From contig NC_068994.1 in NCBI RefSeq assembly GCF_001194135.2, forward strand, positions 5,740,169 to 5,804,168: a stretch of DNA of 64,000 nucleotides, in the 5' to 3' direction. This stretch comes from Octopus bimaculoides. Its lineage: Eukaryota. Below, in pieces: positions 11,102-20,753 of the stretch (position 1 is the stretch's first letter; every line of letters starts with the position of its first letter). Under the pieces are notes generated by a model. That model saw only the letters and a program-made list of their open reading frames with translations, was not told the DNA's origin and made no database searches. The translations under genes were made by a program, and so were the position numbers.

Positions 11102-12703
11102 TTATATGTCATATACTAAAGGAGGTGGGTAGATCATGTTGTGAATGTATAAAAGCAGAACCACCAAAACGGTCACGTGGAATACTTTGTAATACTGTAG
11201 CCATCTAACAACTTGATTCACGGTGCAGAAAAATACATAGAAGCCAAACAGAAACAGCACATGAATAAAGAGCCAAACATCAAGATTAAGCAGTTGATAC
11301 CATGGATGGTTTAAATAAGAACCCTTCGGGTGACGACGGCCGAGCTGAAGCACCTCCTCCACACCGTCAGCGGCAACTTGCCTTGGATTCAAGCGGCGGC
11401 TGCGGAAAATCTCCGAGTATTTTTGTGCATTCTTCCGGTAGATGGGCTTCGTGGTAACATTTAGGGCAGCAATATACAAAGTATTGTGCTTCTGCTTCCA
11501 AATGTTCAATTTTAATCCCATCTTGTAATATTCAATTCTCGAAGCAATTTGAAACTGGTCGCCGACGATAGGAAGGCAAATAAGTGGAACCCCATGATAA
11601 AGGCTTTCAAAGTAGTCGTTACTGTTACAGTGTGATATTAGCAGTTTTGTTTTCGGGTGTGCGCAGACATCGTTCAGTGAGAACCATGTCATCATTTTCA
11701 CATTGCCATCTACTTTGTTTGTGTTTGTTTTTACAAGGATGCGTTGTGGTAGGCTTTGTAAAGAAGACAGTAGGAGAGCTGAGATTCTGTCCGTTATGTT
11801 CTCGAAAGCATTTCCAAATGACATAATGATAACGCCATGCGTAGCGCCGTCAAAAAAGTGTTGCAGTGATTTCGACAAAGGCTTTCCAGGCCGAGTTGTT
11901 AAACCCCCGACTTGTCGAAAATGTGGCAAAAATGGTTTAGGATAATTAAAAATGATATCAGCGTTATCAAGGAATAATTCCGACTTCCAGTAAAGATCTT
12001 CGACATCTGATTCTGTGAGAGTTGGAGCTAATTTGAAATTTTCTATAGGAACAGAAAATATATCTCCCATATGCTGAGCAACGTACCGTACAGTGTTTAA
12101 CAGCCGTTTCCTAAAATGCATTTCAGTATTAAAGGAGGTATAGACATTTGGATTGAATCTCGGTGCTATCATGGATCCAGTCTCTAACTCATGTAATTCA
12201 CTTGAAACGGAAATGAAAGGAATCGACAGATTATATGGTATTAAGTAGAAACATTGAGTGGAGAAAAGGCTATCAATGACTGCTAAATCGAAGTTTTTGT
12301 AATGCAGGCGTTGCAAAGCAACATCATCCTGTTGTATCATCTCACACATCAGGTCTTTAACTTCTGTCGCTTCCTCGGATAACACATTCCACTCGCCATG
12401 AAAGATATCGTTACCAATTTTCTTCTTGAAATCTAAACTCTTTTCATAAGTAGGCCAGCTGAAGTTGATAACATCGAAGTGCGGTCCTGGGCAATCTCGA
12501 AAGTTTATCTCCTGGCACATGTACATGGTAACTTCGTGTCCACGTTGCACTAGCTCTTGGCCTAATGCATTCATATACTTACAGTGACTATACTCTAGTG
12601 ATGGTACAAACAGAATCTTTGCCGCTTGCTGGTTCTCCACCAATAAACACAGGACGATAAAAGCTTGTAGAGCCCACGGTATTACGTGTGTTGTCCGAGC
12701 CAT
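11102..12703 (-). CDS. UDP-glucuronosyl/UDP-glycosyltransferase (GT1 family), single coding exon, 533 aa
   Basis: Signal peptide (MARTT...QQA), KILFVP..SH catalytic His, FDLAVID catalytic Asp, UGT signature-like WFSLNDVCAHPKTKLLISHCNSNDYFESLYHGVPLICLPIVGDQ, and YQLLNLDV followed by a TM helix. A pyrimidine tract plus AG (12712-12713) 8 nt upstream of the ATG implies a 5'UTR intron. Confidence 0.95.
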   Translation of the reverse strand: MARTTHVIPWALQAFIVLCLLVENQQAAKILFVPSLEYSHCKYMNALGQELVQRGHEVTMYMCQEINFRDCPGPHFDVINFSWPTYEKSLDFKKKIGNDIFHGEWNVLSEEATEVKDLMCEMIQQDDVALQRLHYKNFDLAVIDSLFSTQCFYLIPYNLSIPFISVSSELHELETGSMIAPRFNPNVYTSFNTEMHFRKRLLNTVRYVAQHMGDIFSVPIENFKLAPTLTESDVEDLYWKSELFLDNADIIFNYPKPFLPHFRQVGGLTTRPGKPLSKSLQHFFDGATHGVIIMSFGNAFENITDRISALLLSSLQSLPQRILVKTNTNKVDGNVKMMTWFSLNDVCAHPKTKLLISHCNSNDYFESLYHGVPLICLPIVGDQFQIASRIEYYKMGLKLNIWKQKHNTLYIAALNVTTKPIYRKNAQKYSEIFRSRRLNPRQVAADGVEEVLQLGRRHPKGSYLNHPWYQLLNLDVWLFIHVLFLFGFYVFFCTVNQVVRWLQYYKVFHVTVLVVLLLYIHNMIYPPPLVYDI

Positions 12704-13687
12704 GTTCGAGACTGAAAGATAATGAAACAGAGATCAGTGATAGCCAAGAATTTAATCGTAATTTTATTGCAGCTTAATTGGTTTGTTTGTTGGGGAGGTG
12801 GGGGGTCATTTGTTTGCTTGTTTCTTTTGTTATTTTGATGTTATCTTTGTTGTTGTTGTTGTTGATGATGATGATGATGATGATGATTTTACTTTTAAAA
12901 TTATTTGATGATTTGGAAAAAAAATTTGCTCAAACATTCTGGTGGTAAGTTCGAGTTCGACTCTATACTCTGAAAAGAAGCATTGCTAGAACTATCTCCC
13001 TCTCTCTTTCTTTCTCTCTTTCTCTCTCTATCTCTCACTCTCGTTCTCTCTCTTATTCTCTCTCTCTCTCTCTCTTTCTCTATCACTCTCCCTTCTCTAT
13101 ATATATACATATCTTTCTCTCCCTCCCTCCCCCTCCNNNNNNNNNNNNNNNNNNNNNNNNNNNNNNNNNNNNNNNNNNNNNNNNNNNNNNNNNNNNNNNN
13201 NNNNNNNNNNNNNNNNNNNNNNNNNNNNNNNNNNNNNNNNNNNNNNNNNNNNNNNNNNNNNNNNNNNNNNNNNNNNNNNNNNNNNNNNNNNNNNNNNNNN
13301 NNNNNNNNNNNNNNNNNNNNNNNNNNNNNNNNNNNNNNNNNNNNNNNNNNNNNNNNNNNNNNNNNNNNNNNNNNNNNNNNNNNNNNNNNNNNNNNNNNNN
13401 NNNNNNNNNNNNNNNNNNNNNNNNNNNNNNNNNNNNNNNNNNNNNNNNNNNNNNNNNNNNNNNNNNNNNNNNNNNNNNNNNNNNNNNNNNNNNNNNNNNN
13501 NNNNNNNNNNNNNNNNNNNNNNNNNNNNNNNNNNNNNNNNNNNNNNNNNNNNNNNNNNNNNNNNNNNNNNNNNNNNNNNNNNNNNNNNNNNNNNNNNNNN
13601 NNNNNNNNNNNNNNNNNNNNNNNAATATATTCATTGAAGAAATATCCCTTCAAAATACAATATATTAAACCAGTGTATCTTGGATAG

Positions 13688-13738
<51 letters not shown>

Positions 13739-16145
13739 CATATATATACATATATATATATATACATTATATATATATATTTATATGTATGTATGTATGT
13801 ATGTATAGAGAGTTGGCTATAAGCCATACTTTCGTGACTTTTTCTTTCTCCATGGGACCTTTATTCCAAGATTGCACCCACAGTTTTGATGGTGGTTTCT
13901 AATTTAAGCATAAGGTCACCAGTATTAACGGGAGGGATTTTGTCGATATCACCTACCTGAGTACTTCCTTTGTCGACCCTGAATGGAAGGAAGTCAAAAG
14001 TGACTTCGGTAGGATTTGAAATCTGAAAGTGAGGAACCGGAAGTAATAGCGCCTAACATTTCGTCCGATGCGCTAACGATTCGGCCAGCTTGCCACGGTT
14101 CTAATTACCTTTTCTACGATGAGCACAAACCCTAGAATACTGGGAGAAGGGACAAGTTGATTATATCGACCCCAGTGCTTGACTGGTACTTATTTCATCA
14201 GATGGAAGGATGAAAGGCAAAGTCGACTTCGGTGGAATTTGAACTCAGAACGTAAAGACGGACGAAATGTCGCTAAGCATTTTATCCGATGCACTAACGA
14301 TTTTGTCACCTCGCCACGGTTCTAATAATAAAGCTTCAAACATCTTAGGAATATCTAAATGCCTCTGATAGTGCAACGTAAAACTCTTGAAAACATGATG
14401 ATGATGATGACGACGATGATGATGATGATACAAAAATGCATATTATTAAAGAAAGTTCGATACTTTAATCAAGGCTTGCTTTGATCCTGAACTTATTCGC
14501 ATGTTGCTACAATGGCGAAGCAGGTCGGATTAAAAGCAAACTTGACCAGGTTCGATAAGTGCGCAAACAAGAACACACACACACACACGTACACACACTA
14601 CTTACATGTGTTTTTATGGTGTAGTTGGGACTCTCAACAGCAAGATACCACACACTCCATAGCCAAACACGAAAATAAGAAGAAACGAGAAACGACCAGC
14701 GTTTGCTTGACGAGGCCGACGAACGCTGGCCTCGAAACTGTTTTGAACGTCCGTTAAAGACGAATGACAGTAACACAGACGATGAATAAATATATCAAGT
14801 GAGCGAAGAAGACGTTTTCAGATGTAATTTTCCTTCATGAAATTCCCTAATTTTCTAAGATGGTGAGCTGACAGAATTGTTAGCATGTTGAACAAAATAA
14901 AATGCTAAACAGCATTTCTTTCGGTATTTAATTTCTGAATTTAAATGCCGCCAGGGTTGACTTTGTCCTTCATTCTTTCAGGGTCGATGAAATAAATACC
15001 GTTTGCCCACCAGGGTCGATGTAATCGACCGGACCTTTGCCTCCAAATTTCAGGTCTTGAGCCAATAACGGAAAGGAAATTTTTTAAATTCTCTGGTTTT
15101 CTACCAAATTATATTCGAGGCTATTTCATCATTGTAAATTAAAGTATTAAAATATTTAATGTAATAAACCAGGGAATTTGGGGTGTGATTTTAATTAGAA
15201 TTTCCTCCCTCACAATATTAGCTGTTGTATTTGCGGCGATATTCACTCGGGGTTGAGCTGGATCCGACCAACGAGATCAGCACGTTCCTCACGAATGCCG
15301 ACCACATCCGACGGTCGGCCGAAGTCAAGACTGTCGAGCGGACCCCATAACCGTAGTCGTTATTTACCTTTGAGGTATAAAGTTCACTGTTCGGAGTTGA
15401 GGTATAGTGATGCCCGTTTGACTACTTTATTGACTTGCAGAAGGCGTTCCAACGTGTATCCCCAGTTTTAATCCTACAATAGTTCAAAGAATGGTGTCGT
15501 TTAAACGTGGACATCTCAGCTCAAAAGTGGTTGGNNNNNNNNNNNNNNNNNNNNNNNNNNNNNNNNNNNNNNNNNNNNNNNNNNNNNNNNNNNNNGGGGG
15601 GGGGTTCACCAATCCTTTCACCGCCGTCTGCTTGTTTCGTTGTTGTTACTGTTGCTACTGCTCTTGTCCTTGTTGTTGTCGTCGTCGTCGCCTAGCCCCA
15701 GTTTAGTCCTTATTAAGCAGATCTTTGATCAGAAGCATTCACAATTTCTTCGACATTCACATTTTTTCTCCTTCTTTTATTCCTTTTTAAGACTACATTT
15801 TTCAGCGTGTCCTTCCTGCTTTGAGACGGCATGGTGTGATTTGAAATAATTTGGCTGCTATTTCTAGCAACATGATTGCTTAATTGCGCTCTCGTTGCTC
15901 AGTGGCCTCAATTAAAAAGAATATCGGTGCCATGTGTGTGTATGTTTATGCGTGCATGAAAGCCTTAGTTTTTTTTTATATAATGTGTGTGCGACGTGTG
16001 TATGTACGTGTGTGTATGTGTATTATTCGTTGTACCCCATTTTTATATAATGTCTTCTATTATGATTTTATAAATATTTAGAAAACAATATAGGATATAT
16101 ATCGCCCTCACTACGCTGGTACTTTATTTTAACGACCAGAATAAT

Positions 16146-16221
<76 letters not shown>

Positions 16222-16949
16222 AGTGTGTTTATGTCGGTCTGAGGGTAATTGTGTCTTGTGCCTGTGTATATATGTAAGTGCATGAGTGTTTGTGTGTGTG
16301 TGTTTATGTGCGTGTGTGTGTGCGTGTGTGCGTGTGAATAACGCGCGTGTGCGTGTGTGCGTGTGAATAACGCGCGTGTGTGTGTGTGCGTGTATGTATG
16401 TATGTATGTGAGTTTCTTGTCTATCGCCAGATTTTAAACTTAAAATTTTTACAGAGATTTGATGTGGGAGCAAAATCCAGCTCCGTCACCAAAACATTAG
16501 AAGTTACAATGCCTATAATTGAGAAAAACAAATGACAATTGTAACTGAACTGGGTCAAGGGCTCAAGTAGCGACGACTCCATTAACTGCCCGGACATTGT
16601 TTTCTCAGAAATCTGTTGTGATACTTGATAGCGTACAGCGCCTGAGTGTGCGAGATGTATGTTATGTGCCGATAAACACATAACATGGTATTCAAGTGAT
16701 TTGCAAAAAGACAAAGGTAGAATTTCTTATGCAAATACCTAAAATCGTTTTTTCTGAACAGTAAAAGCTGCTAGCTGTCACTCACGGGTGAGTATTGTTC
16801 GGTAGCTAATGTGTACCGTGCTTTTTTGTCATTGTTTTATGTGCTTATATAGTCTTGAAGAGACATGAACATATTTTCCATCCCTTCTTTCGTGACCCAG
16901 TGACGCATCAGGTTGTGACGGGTGAAGAGAGTGCCGCGTTGGTACTCAG

Positions 16950-17185
16950 TATGTATGTGTGTATGTGTGTATGTATGTATGTATGTGTGTATGTATGTAT
17001 GTATGTATGTATGTATGTATGTGTGTATGTATGTATGTATGTGTGTATGTATGTATGTGTGTATGTATGTATGTGTGTATTTATGTATGTATGTGTGTAT
17101 GTGTGTATGTATGTATGTGTGTGTGTATGTGTGTATGTATGTATGTATGTATGTATATATATATGTATGTGTGTATGTATGTATG
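16950..17185. repeat. (TATG)n/(TG)n compound microsatellite
   Basis: Direct inspection. Other long tracts: (CT)n 6174-6246, (AAT)n 8057-8125 and 10652-10745, (GATA)n 18235-18275, (AT)n 39807-39873 and 53403-53492, (CAT)n 58795-58930. Confidence 0.95.
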
Positions 17186-17457
17186 TGGAGTGGAGTGAAA
17201 GCACTTGAAGAGGTCAGGATAACGCAAGTAAGGCTCAAAATATATTTAAGGAAGAACGTGACGATCGAGAAGGTGAATGACAATGACCTTTTTGTGTGCA
17301 CGGTCTGTGACAGACCATACCTGTCTTTCGCTAGCCTCAAATCTTATCTGCAGCCCATGGTGGTCCAAATCGGAGGTGCAATCTATGTGGGTGTCTTTTC
17401 AGAACATTGTCTGGTTTAAAAAGCCACATAAGATGCCATGATGCTACTAAGGTGTAG
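17186..17457 (+). mobile_element. 5'-truncated 3' end of an RTE-like LINE ORF2 with two C2H2-like fingers and one frameshift
   Basis: WSGVKALEEVRITQVRLKIYLRK...FVCTVCDRPYLSFASLKSYLQ-(fs near 17355)-HGGPNRRCNLCGCLFRTLSGLKSHIRCH. The W..GVKAFEE.R / C..C....GL.SH pattern resembles RTE ORF2 termini. Confidence 0.55.
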
Positions 17458-17601
17458 GTACAGGAGGTGGTCAAACACTGCATAAGGCGTAGACAACCAC
17501 CATATATATATATATGCATATTTTTATTAATATTGAGCAGAAGTAATGAAGTGGTTCAGTGTCCCCGAGGGTTTCGTGCATTGACACTTATCAGACTTGT
17601 G

Positions 17602-17642
<41 letters not shown>

Positions 17643-18191
17643 ATATATATTGCAACTTAGCAGTTCGACAAAAGAGGCTGATAGAATAAGTACCAGAGAA
17701 TAAGTCCTGGGGTCGATTTCTTCGACAAGAAGGTGGTGCACCAGCATGGCCGCAGTCAGACGACTGAAACAAGAATACGGGAACACACACACACACACAC
17801 ACACATCTTTTATCTTTGATCTTGTTTCAGTCATTTGACTGCGGCCATGCTGGGGCACCACCTTGAGGGGTTTTAGTCGAACAATTCGATCTCGGGACTT
17901 TTTTTTAAGTCTGATACTAATTCTATCTGTCTCCTTTACCGAACCGCTAAGTTACGGGGATGTAAACCACCAACACCGGTTGTTAACAAATACAAGCCTA
18001 AAGACACACACACACACATGTGTACATACGACGGGCTTCTTTCGGTTTTCGCTAATTAAATCCACTCATAAGCCTTTGGTCGGCCCTAGTCTATAGCAGA
18101 CGATACTTGCCCAAGTGGCTGCGGAACTGAACCCAGAACCATGTGGTTGAGAAGCAAGCTGCTTTATCACACAACCACGCCCACAGAGAGG

Positions 18192-18275
<84 letters not shown>

Positions 18276-18720
18276 CGTAAGTAGTTGGGGCAGTACAACA
18301 GAAATAGTGCTGGACTAAAGCTATTTGCCGTGGTCGCTTATGTCCCTTTACGTTCTGACTTCACATCCTGCTGAGGTCGACGTTGCTTTTCATTTTCATC
18401 GATGTTGATAAATGGAATTGCAAGTTTATTATTGAGGCCTATTTGGTCAAATAAACCCTCTGCCAAATTTGTACCCTTGTGTTTACGTTAGAAAATGTCT
18501 TCTTCTTTCTCCTGGTATTTTGCCCTGTGTATCATCCTTGCATTTTTGGCTATCAATACTGTATTTATTAATTTAATTTATTGTCTCTTTTTTTACCCTT
18601 TTCCAACGAGATGCACTACACGTGACCATTGCATACAATGTGTTTACATTACAATTTATACTTCTTTTTTAAGAGTGAAATTTTCATTGTTATTGAGAGT
18701 TATCTCCCTTGATCCCAAGT

Positions 18721-18854
18721 AATTCGCGCGAATTTCAGTTGTTCTTGAGTCTCTTCCACGTCCTGCTTTAGTAATTATTTTACAAAAAATAATTACGATA
18801 TTTTCTTTAAAACGAATATTTTCAACAAGAGAAGCTAATTTTCAACCAATTCGG
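18721..18854 (+). promoter_or_regulatory. Candidate promoter and non-coding first exon of the ZNF gene
   Basis: 14-bp palindrome AATTCGCGCGAATT (E2F-like core) at 18721-18734 and a donor CGG|GTAAGA at 18854/18855, upstream of the acceptor at 20705. Confidence 0.35.
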
Positions 18855-19891
18855 GTAAGATAAACGTTTCACTTTTGTTTTAAGTTTTGTAAATTAAACT
18901 TTTTTAATGCTTTCGTAACTTAGGGTCAAAACTTTCTTTCGTAAAACGTATTTGTTAACAATATTGAAAAGTTTCGTTTTAGTTTCAGTTGTTTTTGTTT
19001 TCTCTCAGTTCTTGTTTATTTTATATCTTTTCCGAGGCGTACTTTTAGCTGCAAGACTGTTTTATTAAATGAAAGAAGAAAGCAGTCAGAAATGATAGCT
19101 AGACAACCAGTCAGAAATAGAAAATTGTGTGTGAGAGATACAAATAGATAGTTTTATAAGTTGAGTAAATAATCATTTTCTCCAAGGCAAAGCTAGAAAT
19201 AAGGTGTAAATAACTGATAAAGATGACCAGGGGGCACAAGTCTGGGCAAGACTTCTGCCCGTCCCCCCCAAAAAAACACCCTTAAAATTTTTTTTTTTTT
19301 TTTCGACACAAATCCCACTTTTCGGCTACGGGGAATATGAATCTGCAAAAAAAAATTGGCAAAAATCGACATTTCTAAATTACCCACCCCCATTTCCTTC
19401 ATTTTTAACCTAAACACCTTTCAGTAAGATATAGTCAGTTACATATGGCTTGGTAAGTATTGTTTAGTGCTATGTCAGTCCTGATAAATACAAACATATA
19501 CCTAAGGTCATTCCAGTTATGACCTACCCATTTTTTTTTTCTTTTTGTACATGATATATCTAAGACTATATTCTCTAACGCCTCCCTCCTTTTTTAAATA
19601 GTATGATGAGGTTAGAGGGCAATTTAGTGGCTATTTCTGGCATGGCATAGTACCATACAGAAGCTCTCGTATTAGTTAATGGTAACACAGTGCCGTATGT
19701 TATAGTTTTGTATGGTAACCTATACAATTAATTATAGGGCTACAACAATCAATACAATAGACCACTCACCCTTGTAAATAATTATTGAATTAGTCATCTC
19801 ATTATAGCATCATAGAAAATTATGTTAAAAAAACCTCAAAGAGACTCATTTTTGTTACATCAACTGATAAGCAATGGAATTGGCCTTAGAC

Positions 19892-20148
19892 CAGTGGTTC
19901 CCAACCAGGGTCCACATGGCCCTTGGGGGATCCATGTAAGATTTTGTTGTTAAAATTCATGTGCAATAAATTGGTTATACTTCTACAGCACGCAAAATAT
20001 TTTAACAGTTTTCTTAAATCAATTCCAAATATTATTTGATTATAAAAATATTGTAGGATATTTTAAACACTGAATGGCTATTGGGGGCCCAGTAGAACAA
20101 AACCAGAATCAAAGGAATCCACAGGTAAGAAATGGTTGAGATTCACTG
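19892..20148. mobile_element. Non-autonomous hAT-like DNA transposon
   Basis: TIRs CAGTGGTTCCCAACC / GGTTGAGATTCACTG; 8-bp TSD CCTTAGAC / CCTTAGAT. Confidence 0.85.
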
Positions 20149-20224
20149 CCTTAGATAGTAAAGAACAAAAATGTTTTTTTTTAATTCTTCTAACAGTCAT
20201 TAACTAATTTTATATATTTTATAT

Positions 20225-20390
20225 AGGCGCAGGAGTGGCTGTGTGGTAAGTAGCTTGCTTACCAACCACATGGTTCCGGGTTCAGTCCCACTGCGTGGCA
20301 CTTTGGGCAAGTGTCTTCTACAATAGCCTCGGGCCGACCAAAGCCTTGTGAGTGGATTTGGTAGACGGAAACTGAAAGAAACCCGTAGTA

Positions 20391-20457
<67 letters not shown>

Positions 20458-20665
20458 GTGTGTGTGTTTGTCTGTATTTGTCCCCCACCATCGCTTGACA
20501 ACCGATGCTGGTGTGTTTACGGCCCTGTAACTTAGCAGTTCGGCAAAAAGAGACCGATAGAATAAGTACTAAGCTTACATAAGAATAAGTCCTGGGGTCG
20601 ATTTCCTCAACTAAAGGCGGTGCTCCAGCATGGCCACAGTCAAATGACTGAAACAAGTAAAAGAG
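20225..20665 (+). mobile_element. tRNA-derived SINE family A, full length with an internal (TA)/(TATG) microsatellite
   Basis: Head GGCGCAGGAGTGGCTGTGTGGTAAG...GGTTCAGTCCC, tail GGCCACAGTCAAATGACTGAAACAAGTAAAAGA. Further copies near 5285-5396(-), 17640-18180(-), 36820-37000(+), 37321-37682(-), 47945-48085(-), 49750-49980(+), 53930-54565(-), 56790-57290(-), 57425-57645(+), 59990-60300(+), 62120-62340(+). Confidence 0.85.
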
Positions 20666-20753
20666 TATATATATATATATATATATGTTTTTTTTTTTTT
20701 CTCAGATTCGGAATTTGAAAAGGAAAGAATAAAAATTCACATTGTGTGACAAA

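Noticed and set aside
12901-13827. Long ORFs containing X runs (also 32124-33100, 42519-43508, 48479-49070, 54565-55290)
   Set aside because: They only span N-gaps and microsatellites.
16837-17419. Overlapping ORFs of YIHT/MYVC repeats, and poly-L/I/D/M/H ORFs elsewhere (5952, 8033, 9549, 58717)
   Set aside because: Translations of (TATG)n, (TTG)n, (AAT)n, (CA)n and (CAT)n microsatellites; no coding evidence.
20742-20753. ORF-track start MCDK for the ZNF
   Set aside because: The codon is TTG, not a normal eukaryotic start; ATG 20754 was used.
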